A DNA stretch of 64,000 bases from Podarcis vaucheri (Eukaryota). The stretch lies in NCBI GenBank assembly GCA_965113315.1, contig OZ220364.1; one strand, 5' to 3'. Every line of letters starts with the position of its first letter. The first letter of the stretch is position 1. This document shows, in pieces, positions 36,710 through 50,110 of this stretch. The notes under the pieces are model-generated. The model searched no databases and was not told the DNA's origin. It saw only the letters and a list, made by a program, of their open reading frames with translations. Both the position numbers and the translations under genes were made by a program.

Positions 36710-37745
36710 TAAGAACATAAACATAAGGACATCCCTGCTGGATCAGGCTAGGCCTATCTAGTCCAACATACTCCTGGTGATTTTGCTGGCCCTTTTCTGA
36801 ACCTTTTCCAGCTCTACAGTATCCTTTTGAGGTGAGGCAACCAGAACTATACACAGTATTTTAAGTGTAATCGTGTCGCAGATCTGGATAATGGTATTAT
36901 GATATTGGCAGTTTTATTTCCAATCCCTTTGCTAATGACTGCTACCATGCTGTCTTCATCAGAGTTAACCGCTATGAGCCCAGGTCTTACTCCTGGTCAG
37001 TCCACTAGTGACTACCACTTCCGCTGCCATTTTACTGCCCATTCACTTCACTGCCATTTTACTACCCAGTTTAGATGGATCTTTCTGGAGCTTCTCACAA
37101 TCCCATTTGGTTTTAACCACCCTGAAAAATGTGGTATCAGCAAACTTGACTACGTCACTATTCAACCCCAACTCTAGATCATGGTTTCCCAAACTTGTGT
37201 CTCCAGCTGTTGCTGGACTACAACTCCCATCATCCCTAGCTAGCAGGACCAGTGGTCAGGGATGATGGAAAATGTAGTCCCAAAACAGCTGGAGGCCCAA
37301 GTTTGGGAAACCCTGCTCTAGATCATCCATGAACAAGTTAAACTAGCACATCCCAAAACCATTTCTTGGGGGACTCTACTTTCTACTACCTTCCAGTGGT
37401 AGAACTTTACACTTATTCTTACTCTCTGCTTCCTTTTTCTTAACCTCATCCACAAAAGAACCTCTCCTCTTATTCCATGACTTCTAAGCTTACTCAGAAG
37501 TCTTTAGTGAGATACTTTGTCAAAAGCTTTTTGAAAGCCCAAATACATAATGTCAAATGGATCACTTCTATCTAAGTGCTTGTTGATACTCTCAAAAAAA
37601 CTCTAATAGGCAAATGAGAGAAAACTTACACTTGCAGAAACCACACTGGTTCTGCTTCAGCAAGACTTACTTCTGGTATATGCTTGATTACTCTGTCTTT
37701 AACTATGCTTTCCTTTTTTTCTGGAACAGATGTTAAGCTAACCTC
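36710..37745 (-). mobile_element. Older CR1-type LINE (tail plus decayed RT region), interrupted by a hAT MITE; a similar tail at ~16170-16250 and a short CR1 tail at 3404-3465
   Basis: taagaacataa...ctgctggatcaggc...tctagtcca tail; ccagaactatacacagtatt and gtcaaaagctttttgaaagcccaaa RT-region signatures. Confidence 0.75.
37180..37315. mobile_element. hAT hairpin MITE, 136 bp, nested in a CR1
   Basis: Long TIRs; perfect 8-bp TSD CTCTAGAT. Confidence 0.92.
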
Positions 37746-37829
37746 ACATTTTAAGAGGAGAGACCCAATGCTGCCTCATTTGCTCCATGGAGAGCAGTAG
37801 CGGACATTTACAACAATGAGTACCTAGGT

Positions 37830-38006
37830 GGCACGCGTCATGATGTCCCGTTGTGCCAGAAGCAGTTTAGTCATGTTGGTCACATGACCCGGAAAGCTGT
37901 CTGTGGACAAACATCAGCTCCCTCAACCTGAAGCGAGATGAGTGTCACACCCCATAGTTGCCTTTGACTGGACTTAACCGTCCAGGGGTCCTTTACCTTT
38001 ACCTTT
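37830..38006 (+). mobile_element. Sauria SINE 3' portion
   Basis: gtcatgttggtcacatgacccggaaagctgtctgtggacaaac...gagatgag...ggggtcc(TTTACC)n tail. Confidence 0.85.
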
Positions 38007-39022
38007 CACCATCCCTAATAGTCCAAAATTAACTTACATATTCATTACGCACCATTCTTCTTAAGGTGTGTATAAAAGCGCCCCCATGTGGTAAAATCAC
38101 ATTTTTTTAGTCCCTGAAACCCCTGGTTTATACCCTTCTTTCACCACAGGAGGGCACCTTTGTCTTATCATTAACCACAGTGCTGAATGTGTGAACTCAC
38201 CCAGTGACAATACAAAATTAAGCATATACCATCACCTGCTCTGAGCCCTTTGGATAAAACAGCACAGTACACAAATGTCTGCCACCAAGCTCTCCACAGT
38301 TTAGTTTAAATTTTCCCTTTAGGCTGCTGTTCTTACAGTGGCCAAAATCAAGCCAGGGGGAAGCCAGCAAGGAGCAGAAGAAAGCAATATAAGGGCATCC
38401 GAAGAAAACCACATAACATGGAGTGAAATAGCCAAGCTTGGCAGATTGAAAGAAACCTTTTGCATCAATAAAACCAGCTGTTTTGCTACAACCACCTAGG
38501 TAGCCTCCTTAACAGCAGCTGCACTTAAGAGACAATTTTTCAGAGTTCAAGAGGCTTTAAAACACAGAAATCCATCATTAAAAATTGGGGTTGCCTTAGT
38601 AAAAATCCAGCTTCTCTGACACACAGGACTTTGAAAGCTTAATGAATGTCCCTTGGGAATGGACTACGCAGTCTCTTAGCAAACACAACAGCAATCGAGA
38701 ACTCACACTGCTGCCAAGTTTGGTGTTTCTAAACTGCCTATACATCAAGCTAATGGGTCAGCATAAAACACTTACGTTTTACCAAGAGAAAGCAAGAAGC
38801 TGTTGAGTCATTCTGCCCCGGCCCCCACCTCTACTCAGCACAAAAGTGGTTGTTTTGTAGAGAGATTATTCCTAAAGAATGAGAGCTGATGGTTCCATTT
38901 TCTACTAATGCTCCATATTTAGTAAGTCACAACAGAAGAGGAAATAACTCTACTTCAGCCAAGGACATGAATCAGACTATGGAAATTGGACAGTGACATC
39001 ATGGACCAGAAACAACCAAATA

Positions 39023-39027
<5 letters not shown>

Positions 39028-39063
<36 letters not shown>
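39028..39063. repeat. (AAT)12 microsatellite
   Basis: Read directly from the sequence. Confidence 0.95.
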
Positions 39064-39067
<4 letters not shown>

Positions 39068-40624
39068 GTTACAACAATTAAAACACAATATTAAACAACT
39101 AGTTGCTCTAGCAGGTACTAGCACAACGAGTCCCGCTAGAGCAATGGGGACTGCCCCCACTCTCCTCCACCCATACCCCCCATAAATTGGCTTGGTAGGG
39201 CAGTTGGGAGACCCCCAGAACAGGGCACAGAAGGAGAAGAGGGGGAGATCTGTTACACCAGGAAAGCTGAAATGCTTGCACTAATGGAGCAATCGCCTCA
39301 GCACTACTTTGAATACCACCCTATGCCTTTGGCCAAGAGTCACACTTGCAATTCCTGCATTTCTGTCAAACTTATGGGGGAAAGACAAAATCTGCCAGCT
39401 GAATGGCAGCATGGCAGCACAATCTGCACTCCAGTCAGAGAGCCAGTCTCTCTCATGCCCAGGATGTACAGTTAGAAAAGGCAGGTTCTGAATCAGCTCT
39501 TCTGTTAATACCTTATAAGCAAAAGGCGTCTGGCCACACCAAACCCCATTTATAATCAGTGGCTGGTATGTTAATTTAGCAGTACAGGGCAATTTACACT
39601 GCAGCTCCTCATACAGACCCAGTAGAGGACAGTGGGGTAGCAGCACTTACCTGACCTCCATTTGGCTGTGTCATGGCTGCTTACTGGGAGATGGAGGGGT
39701 GAGGTGACAGTGAGGTAGGCATGGTGCAAATGCACCAGGCAGGAGACCAGATAACTCTGAGTTTGAACCGTGCCAACCTTGCCACTGCCTTCTCCTTTCC
39801 CTCTACCTCTTAGTAAGGAACAGTGACACAAACAAGGTTAGGTGAGCACCACCATGTCGTCCGCTACTGTATAGACCCCTATCAGTGATACGCTATTGAT
39901 TAGCCATCACATGTGGCACCAGAGTTAAGTGATGGCTGACCCACATTAACAGCACTTAGTCGCCCAGAGAGACAAATCCATATAACAGATCAGTCCTGCT
40001 CTACCAAGTTGTTCCTTGACTGAATTGTGCATCTGACATGTCTACAAAGGGAGTTATTAATTTCACCAGGTGTGAGGCAAAGGAGAACTACCAAATGCCA
40101 GATTAATGCAATGAGGTTGTAATTAATTAGTGTTCTGAACAATTTGAATCTTCAAAGGTTTTAGCAAACATTTGTTAATCCCCAGCACCAGGAGAGAAAC
40201 AAAGCTTCTGTGATCACAGGATCACCCCAGGACAAAAAGGGCAGCCTCATCCTTATCAGGAGGAACAGCCCATGCACAGAGAATATATGCTACAATGCTG
40301 GAAGCAGACTAGCTTTAAAAGCCTAATTATAAGAGTAGAAAGAGGCTGGATGTCCCCGACTACCAACATTTACATTGATGTATTCTGCTTTTCCTGATTT
40401 CCCCTGAAACGGGAATTTCCCATTTCTGAAAGTTCTATAAGCTTCACCCCCCCCAACCCAGCATGTTGAGAAAGTTAAAACAAGCTCTTCATTTGACATT
40501 TATGTACTAAATGAAACCCTGCCCCATCCTGCTCCCTGAGTAGACCTCGCTATCCAGTAACTCTAGAGCACCTCAGTCCCCTTTAGAACCAATTAACCCT
40601 GAGCACTCAGTTAAAGATCTACTC

Positions 40625-40990
40625 TCAAGGCTGTAGAGATGCAGAACTGGTGTCTGCACCTAGTAATGGTTTGGATGAGAGCCAATAAACTGAAGCCGAA
40701 TCTTGACCAGATGACAGAACTATGGATTGACAGTCCCTGGGTCCAGGAAATTTGGTGTATTACCTGCTTCAGGTGAGGTTACACTCCCTCTAAAGTATAT
40801 AGCTTAGGGGTTTTCCTTGATCCAACATTGCCAATAAGGGCAAATGTGGCCCAGAACACCTTTTAGCGGTTTAATTTGATTCATCAGTTGTGGCATTTCC
40901 CAGGTTACGGATAGTCAGGCCACATTGATACATGTGCTGGTCACCTCCAAACTGGATTAATGTCATTGTGATATGTGAGTCTGCCTTTGG
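40625..40990 (+). mobile_element. Decayed L2 LINE ORF2 fragment (more L2-like relics at ~34960-35160 and ~41060-41225)
   Basis: WMRANKLK-like tggatgagagccaataaactgaag; cttgatcc and cctccaaactggat motifs. Confidence 0.7.
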
Positions 40991-41721
40991 CACTGAGGAG
41001 TCAATGCTTCTCACAAACTGTAATCCTTGTATGTATCTATTACCACACAATAATCATAACACCATATTATTATTATTATTTCTACACCTTCATCTGAATA
41101 TCACAGGGAGGTTTACAATATAAAAACACAAACATACATACCACAAAACCATAACAACGAACAAAAACAATAACCCCACACAGTTTAAAAGGCCATAAAT
41201 TGCTTAATTAGCCAAAGGCCCAGGAAAACGTACTCTTTGTCAATAAATGTTAATATACACTGAAGATATGCAGTGGATGGAATTTCTGGACTCCTCTTCT
41301 CAAACCAGTGACAGAGCAGAGAACGTCTAAGCATTGATTCAGAACACCACATTGATATTCTTTATGAATAGCAGAAAGCAAATATTTTTATAAATAATAT
41401 AGTCAGGTATTATAAGGGCTAAATGGTCTCTTATGCACAAACCTAGGAAGAAAAAAACCAAACAGATTACCAGTTTAGAACTAATCACACTGTGCACAAA
41501 TGTGAGCTTTGCAGTTGAGCCATTTTCCTCCATATTTTTAGCCATAGGCTAAAGTGTCTGATGTTCTCCGAAAGGTACAGCTTATGAATACATATTTATT
41601 CAGAGAACATTTCAGATGTTTTCAGAGTAATAACTATGAATGGCACACAAAGTCAAAACATGAAGATTACTTTCCTCTGTTCTTCAAAATATGAGAGCTC
41701 ATCATAGGTGCTTCATTTGGG

Positions 41722-42111
41722 AGGATTATGTTTAGCTGGGAATGTTTAGTCTGGGGAAAAAGGACACGGAGAGGAGATATGATAACCATCTTCAAATATC
41801 TGAGGGGCTGTCACAGGGAAAATGGAGCAAGCTTATTTTCTCCTGCTCTGAAAGGTAGGACTCGAACCAATGGCTTCAAGTTACATGAAAGGAGATTCCA
41901 ACTAAACATCAGGAAGAACTTTCTGACAGTAAGAGATGTTCAACATTGGAACGGTCTCCCTCGGAAGGTTGTGGACTCTCCTTCATTGGAGGCTTTTAAG
42001 CAGAGGTTGGATGGCCATCTGCCGTGGATGCTTTATCTGAGATTCCTGCATTGCAGGGGGTTGGACTAGATGACCCTTCAGGTCCCTTCCAACTCTACAA
42101 TTCTATGATTC
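41722..42111 (+). mobile_element. CR1 LINE 3' fragment
   Basis: RRGDMITIFKYL...[10 protein letters not shown]...FKQRLD; CCCTTCCAACTCTACAATTCTATGATTC tail. Confidence 0.93.
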
Positions 42112-43685
42112 CTTGCCCTTCTAACTGCAGAAAGCAGCTCACACCCTACCTCCTTTCCATAACGAAGCTCTTCTCCTCATATAATTTACAATTCCCACCC
42201 ACTGCTGAACATTCCTAATTAAATTGGGAAAGCCTAATGATTATTGCCATCTGTTCAACAGCAACACTTTCCCCCAACTTTAGATATATGAACTGAAATG
42301 GGAGCCATGTGATGCCCATCTCAAGATGCATTACATTGCTCCTGCAGCTTTGTAATCACACTGGGGTATGTGCTGACAACAGCACGGGCCAGTTAAGACA
42401 AGAACTCAATAGCTGGTGACTGATCACAGCCATGGCAACCAGCAAATCGCTAGGATGCACACTCACATCCCTGCCTGAGACTATCATGCTGACATATTAG
42501 CTGTGTGTGTTTTTTCCAAGAGGACAATCTGCCAGTGGGACAGAACATCTGTCAAGTGCAACTCAAGATGCAGAGAATGAGGCATGTGGAGAGTGCCAGT
42601 TTCCATAGCCCTTATCTAAGGCTCAACTGAGGACCCATGGGACTCTCTTCAATGTTAGCACAAGCAGATCAAAAGAAACTGATTCTCCAAGCAAAGGCTA
42701 TGCTTTGTATTGTGGTCTATTGCCCAATGGGGGTAGAGGTGGAATGAAAACTCCTATTAGGCATACATGGCTCAGGCCTTGGGGCATGCCTAAAGCAGCT
42801 CTTTGAATCCTAGGTCATTATGTAATTCTAACCAGGGTTCTAGAAGTCCACTCATGAGAGAACATCCCCCCTCACCCTATACTACATGCCCAGAGCAAAG
42901 ATCCTATTCTTGCTGGGTTTTTGCAGGAGGTAGCAGTAGTGAGGTGCTACTGGTGCTTCCTTCAAAAGCCCAGGATGAAAGAAGAAGCACCCTTCCTTCT
43001 TCCAAGGACAACTCAAGGGAGGAAAGTTGGAGCAGCTTCTCTCCCTTCTTGCTAGGCTTCTGAAGGAGGGTGGCAAGTGAGGAGAACCACCCTGAAGGGA
43101 ATGATCAGTGGCAACTACAAGTTATGGTTGTGTAATTAGCCACACCAAGACTCGGTGATCCCCTTTGCAAACCCCTACATGGGAGATCCCCACTTCTCAA
43201 TTCTGTATGCCTGCTTTAGATGTTATTAAGGCCTTTCAGTATAGTTGTCATGGTCTGGAAATCATAGGAATTTATAGTAATATAACTGAGCTCATTGAAA
43301 AGGATGGCATGTAATTGTCACCAGCCCAGTTTTCCAGCCTGCCCCAGTTAAACAAGCATTCTGATAAGTTTAAATGCCTTCCAAGCACCCGAAGAGTTTG
43401 GTGAGCCACTGATTGCTCACACCCCTGGCCTAAGGTCTCTCCCAGCGTGCCTTCTTGTTCTCCATCTAACAATCTTGAAAAAGTGATGTCTAGAAGTGGT
43501 TAACACATTTGTATAGAAACAAGAGCATCCTTAACAGAATACCACATCTCAGTCTGGCACACATGCCTCCAGAATAGATTCCAAAATAATTATCAAATAA
43601 ATGGCAATTATCAGACTTCACTAGAAGGAAATCAGTACCATGATAGTTAAACTGGCTTAAAGCAGTTTCACTTTGTAGTGTAGAT

Positions 43686-43821
43686 CAAGGTTTCCCAAAC
43701 TTGGGTCTCCAGCTGTTTTGGGACTACAATTCCTATCATCCCCGACCACTGGTTCTGCTAGCTAGGAATGATGTGAGTTGTAGTCCAAAAACAGCTGGAG
43801 ACCAAAGTTTGGTAAACCCTG
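43686..43821. mobile_element. hAT hairpin MITE, 136 bp
   Basis: Long TIRs; TSD GTGTAGAT/GTGTAGAA. Confidence 0.88.
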
Positions 43822-46800
43822 GTGTAGAAGAACCTTTAAAAATCTTTAGTGTAAGTTTGTTAAAGAGCACAATGTATGCTGCAGTTCAGCCTAATATTCT
43901 GGGACTGCTTAAATGATATCCATTTAGCGACTAAATGTTCACAATGCCCCCTTCTGGTCTGACAGTAAGTCAGCAACTGGAGTTCTTAAAGGCACCCAGA
44001 TCTTTTCCATCAAAACCAAAGCCGCTCAGCCTTCCACATGAAAGTAACTAGTTGGCACTATGCCTGGCATTGCAGAAGAATGGCTGCCATTTTATACGTA
44101 AGCATCAATGGGACTTCTAACCAAATGTACCATTAGTGCATGGCAGGTACAGGTCTGCTATGAGGATTTCTACCTGGGGTATCTACAGCAAGTAAACTGA
44201 AGAGAAAGTAATGTAAGTAATCAATTGGTGTGATGGAAGTTCTTGATCAGGAGATACCTGACAAGCTGTTCCATAGGTCTGCCAAGGATTCCAAATCCTG
44301 TCCTTCCCCCACTGTTACCATCTTATTTATATATATCCCCCTAGGCCAGGAACAGAGAACCCGTTTTTGGCCCTAGAGCCACATCCACCCTTGGCCATGT
44401 ACACATGCACAGGACACACAGTCTCCCCTCTTCAGATGATCTTTGCAAATCAGCTAAGGAAAGGATAATTTGCATCAACAGGAGGCTGCTAAACTGGAAG
44501 AAGAGGTTTAAAGCCCAGCATCATGTTTTTTTCTTTCTTTTTCCTGTCACTGCTAAAATTGCTGGGGGCTTGGGGGTCAGAAAAATTTGCAGCTGGAGGT
44601 CAGCCATCCCTGTTATAGACTCTGTTAATTGCCCTAGGCCCTCAAAAACTCTTGATTCACCCATGCATTTCTGCAAAAGCATCTCCATTATGATTTCGTA
44701 GCAATTACAGCTATGAAAATACTATTGCTCAAGTCACGGAGTTAAGAGATAAAGACCCTAGATTCACGCTCCCTCCATAGTCTTCCAACAGAACAAAACC
44801 CGATCCCTCTTCAATGAAAGCCAGCAGCATCAAGAAGCTACAGATCACAGAGACGGTAATTAGCCCATTCCCATCCACTGTTCATGCCTCAGAAACAATT
44901 TAGAAGTTATATGATGCAACAATAGTCCAAGGGAGGCCTCTATAATGAGCTGCAATCACTGCTGAGAAAAGGACCATATTTCACTACAATTAACGAACAA
45001 ATATCTGTTGGAGGTTATTAAGCAATGTGCTGTTTTCACTTGGAAAATGCAGGCTACTCTGTCCTCAGGCTGTTGATTTACTCCCGTTAACATGAAACTT
45101 GTCCAGGAATTTGCTGTAGATCCCATATGCCATGTTAAAAATGCTTAATAGTAATATATCATCATTAGTCTGCTCCTATCAATGAAAGTGCAATACGACC
45201 TTTCCTCAAAAAGCAATGGGTTATTGAGGGCACTATAGATGAGGACAACATGGGCAAAAGAAAAGAAACAGCTAGTCTGCCCCACAGAACAGGAAGCAAA
45301 TGGGCTGTGGAAACAGGGACAGGGAGGGTTATGATTGCATCTGGCTGTCAGCATATCAGCTGGGCTGTAAAGGAACTAGTGTAGAAGCTAGATAGTGTAC
45401 AGGATCAATGATGAAAGGAGTTCAGTCTGGCAAGAAGGCAAACTAGATGCTGTGGTAGATCCAGAAACCCTGCTGAGGCCGCTGTGGCTGATATAAAGGT
45501 AAGGGGTGGAGGCAGCTTGTTACCCCAATTTGGGTGGGATGGGATTGGCCTCTATAGGGTTTCCCACAACCAGATTCCAAAAAATAAAAATTCACTTTAA
45601 TATGGTGCGCTTGGCACATTTATATTTAGGGCTATGTGGCTTTGACCACAGGAGGGAGGATATAATTAGGTTGATTTGTGTCTATCTGGAAGGCCTTGGT
45701 GGGGGGTGGAGAGGATCAGAAATAGCCTGTTTATAGAACTAAAATGCCTAGCCACATGGAGCTCAGCTGTCTGCAAAACAAGGACAACATTTTGAAAAAA
45801 TAAGACATGCCAAATGAGAAATTGAAATGTGACACAACAGTTTCATATGGACTGCATTTCAGTGAGACGGATTAAACTAGAACATCAGGCAAGATAAAAG
45901 CAATCTGAATAGAGTTGCCACACTGGATGGCTGGTTACCTATTTAATTTTTTGAATCTAAAAGATTGTCAAATATTCCAAGTAGCCGTGATACTGAAGCT
46001 GCTTGAAGAACTAACCTGCTAATCTAGCATGTGCCTTTAAAACTGCCATTTGTTATTAAATAGTTGTTACTTTGCTTTATTTTTGCTTTAATTTCCTTTA
46101 TAACAAAAAAATCCAACTGCAGGCTGGCCCTGCTGTTCCAGGATAAAAGCCAATGAGGAGAACTGCTCAGTAAATCATTCACTTTTATAGAAACCTTATG
46201 TAACAATGTTAAAAGCTGTAATTCAAAGCAATGCTTTTAAAAAGGTAATTTCATTCTTTCACAGTTAACAGTTATCTAACTTGTTTTTGCAGTTAACGTA
46301 AGTATCAACCCACTTGAGAATATCTTTTTTCCTTATACAGTCTGACTGATCAAATGGGCCAAATCTTTTTGACCTGTCAAATGCCTATCCCTAGACCTGA
46401 ATGCAATTAAGGCTCATTTTAGAAGGAGGCTATGCACGTATTTCTCCATGATCATCATGGGTATTTGCATGTGTTTCACAGGGGAGTGAATGCACCCTTC
46501 TTTTTAAAACACCCCTCTGGACCTTTTTCAGGAGCTTGATGTTCCCATTTTCCTCCTCAAGTTGGAAAGGTCAGGAAGTAAAAGAGTCCTTCCCCAAGTA
46601 GGCAGAGGGGTGAGAGGAAGTGCTGAAAGCTGTTTTTAATGCTACTTTAAGATCCACAGTAGACATCAAAAAGAGTGGAATTAAATGCAAAATGTATTTA
46701 TTGACTGCCTGCATTTGAGAAGTTGTTTACCTCATTCAGCTGATTGTATCAAAACTTAATCAGCCGAGATATGAACAAACCTTATGCCAGCCAAACCGCT

Positions 46801-48244
46801 TCTTCCTGTCTTAGCATGTTGCAATTAACCCCAGAGGTCTTCAATTTCACATAATTTCTTGCTCTGTCTGAACCATGAAACTATGACACTCAGGATCAGA
46901 ACAACCAGGTTCTTAAACCACCTTCCAACTATGGTTTAATATCCTGGCCTGGTTTCCCCCCGTCCTGGTAACCACAGGGCAGGATTCAACTAACGTACCC
47001 TGCCTGTTAGGAGACATGATTTTTTCTAGGTTGGAAATCAGAAGAAAAGCTACTACCGGTACTTAATTTATAAAGGAAAGGCTAGTTTTGTTTTTTCAAA
47101 AAAACACAACAGGATGGGAGAAGAGATTATCAGATGACAAGCGAGTGTCAACCCACTGTCTCTAAAAGTCCTGAGAGCTGTGGAAGGGACTTGTCCATCA
47201 CGTCTGTCTGAGTACCATAACAAGGGCAATGAAGGCAAAGCAAGAATGCCATCAGCCACACTGCAGTAGATCTGGAGGGGCATGTCAGCAGCCACTTTCC
47301 CTTGGGACTTGGCTTATTTTCCACTGTCATACGCTACTGCAGCTAGACATATTCACTGTTTAACACAACCAAACACAGCATGTCTTTACAGTTTTATCTG
47401 TCTAAACGATCTGATGCCAGCATTGCTTAGTTTGGGAAGGTAACCGCATATGTAGAAAGAGTATTCTTTTGCTACAGCATGATGTGAGTGGTGCCTATGC
47501 ATAAAGGTAAAAAGAAATGGCCTGCTTTCCTTTGGGCAGGACCATTCCCAGATCTAAATCCCAAAGCTTGTTCTTTCTAGAAAAAGAAGATGAAGAGAAA
47601 CATACAGAGATAGGACAGAGCTCCCTTTAAAGTTATTGTAAGAATAGAGTAGAACTAAAGATCATCTTGTCCAACTGTCCATCCCCTAAGCAGAATCTGC
47701 CACGAACCCACACCACGCAACAACCAAGGAACATAATATAGTATAGCTTGCATGAGCTACACAGCCGTGTAAGCAGAGAACAGAAGCAAGCAGAGAACAA
47801 AAGCAAACAAAGTTACACCAGAGAGTGGCTAATACTCTAGATGTTGTTGGACTCCAACTCCCATCAGCCTCAGTCAGCAAGGGCCAGGGATGATGCAAGT
47901 TGTAGTCCAACAACATCTGGAGGGCACCGCATTGGCTATCTCTTTAAATAATTCAATGGAAGGTTTAAATTGACAGGATGTCTCCCCCTTTTTTCTTTTA
48001 AATAGCTCTCCAGTACACTATAGTCGCAGCACAAAAACACCCAGAGACCAACGTACAGGACAGAAATTATTTGGGAATTTACTATCCTGCAACTAGACTG
48101 AGCATATGAAAACAGGGGGCAAAGACAAAGACTGCATCATTACCCTAATACACAATGCTGCCAGGCTGCTCATTTCAGAATAGTAAACTAGAACACAAGC
48201 AATGAAATCTTCATCCCCACGGAGCGGAATTAAGCAGCACTTAC

Positions 48245-48329
48245 CCTTGGAAGTCAGTATCAACAAGCAGCCGGACCAGAATTCCTGTCACAGCCACAAG
48301 GATTGGATAGTGATCTACGCTCTCCAGTC
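48245..48329 (-). CDS. RNF123: RNF123 exon n-4 ([29 protein letters not shown])
   Basis: ccctag / AAGG|gtaagt; 85 bp; phase-2 join to 16756 across a 31,488-bp intron. Confidence 0.95.
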
Positions 48330-50110
48330 CTAGGGAAGAAAGCAGGTATTTCAAATTACAATCAGTTCTATGAAAAGTTAGTTTGTTGACTTCCCTTGAG
48401 CACCCCTTTTTATCTTCTTAACTATAGCAGAGGACAAATCTAGCATAGGACTGCACTGAGGAACACCACCAGCCTAAGTTTTCAGGAGACCAGGAGGAGA
48501 TAAATGTTTGCATTAATTCACTTAAAGATTTGTACTACTACATCCATCAGCTTCATCAGGTCTTTGCTAGAACACCATAAGATCAAATGAGTCCTCCTCC
48601 ACCACCACTCCCAGTATGGACAACCCTGGACAAAACAGAATGAACCTCCTTGGCAAACAGGAAATCTTAGAGGTAAGTGACAAACACTAGAGAAAGCACT
48701 TGCTCATCTCTGCTAACGCCACTGTCTGGTTTTCTATTAGAAGGGCACTTAAAAGGATTGTGCAAAAAAAATGGAATGCTGCTAAGCCCTTCAGTAGTGG
48801 TCCAGCATTCCTCCACCTTCCAGTCAGCATACAATCCCCCGAGTCACCCAAACACAGAGTGTTTCTCATGCACATAACCTTGAAGACGGCACTTGAAGAC
48901 AGGTCTGAAGAAGTGCTGAGTGATTATTCCAATTTTCTCCTGCTTCTAGGTGAGCATGAAAGTAGCCAATGCTTTGAAATGTGGAAGACTTGATGGTGGT
49001 CACACATGCCAATATGCCCCATGTTTCCAACAGAGCAGAGGTGCTCGAGCTGGGATAATGGGGGTATGACTAAAGCAATGCTCAAAATTTTAAGGGAAGC
49101 GGAGGGGGGTAAAACAAGCTTGTCCAAATTTAAAATTAGGCACGCTTCAGAGACAACTTTCTTCAGGATGACAGCTATTCATATGGTCCTTTACTCCACA
49201 TGCTTACGACCATACCTATTCCAGAATGTTCTTTCTATCACACTACTTATGTTACACAGATGCCAAATAAATAAACCCATCAAAGAATAGGAAAGTGCAA
49301 AAATGTGTGGAAGTGTGTGGATCTTTTTAAGCTCTCTCCATTCACAATCTCAATTTTCAATGAGGGTTGAGCCCTTGTTCCCCAAGAAGGAACACAAGGG
49401 CACATTGACTCAGCAATATTGTTTACTTCCTAATACTGATCAGTATGACATAGATCTGCAGCAGTGTGTGCCACAGCAGTTATTTAATAATGCTGTGTGA
49501 AGGAAAAGGGTCCATGCTCTGCGGGAGGGTGAGGGGACAGGCAGAGAGTGCACACACTGCTAACATGTGCTGTCCTTTTCTCATCATAAGACACCAGAAT
49601 AACCAGCCAAAATGAAGGGCTTAAGATAATGGAGCTATAGCGTAAGTGGAATCTAGTCAGCAATTTTGCAGTTAAATGCAGCTCCTGCTCATTCACCGGT
49701 ATCACTCTCTGACAGCTTTTAGTGCGGAAGCAGGACATCTTGCCTCCCTAAAGATTACTTTGCAATTTAACAAGCTCTGTACAAGAATGGATTCCTTCAC
49801 CCTGAGTAGGTGGGCACACAGCCATCACTTAATGACTGCTTACTGTTTAGAGCCAAAAGATCCCATTTCCCATCATTGCAGGTTTTATGCATTTCTGTAA
49901 GCAACGAAGGCCAAGACCACATGGGGCTTCCTTTTGGGATTGGATGCCATCTTTCATTCTCACATGTGCTCTGTTGGGCTCCTGCCTATCTGAAGAGCGG
50001 ATGGGAGGGAGCTGTGGCATCAATGGAAGTTGCACTGACACCATAATCAGAGATAAAAGGTCAGCACAGAATTCTCCCCACAGATATTTCCTATCTTGTT
50101 CAAAGGACTG

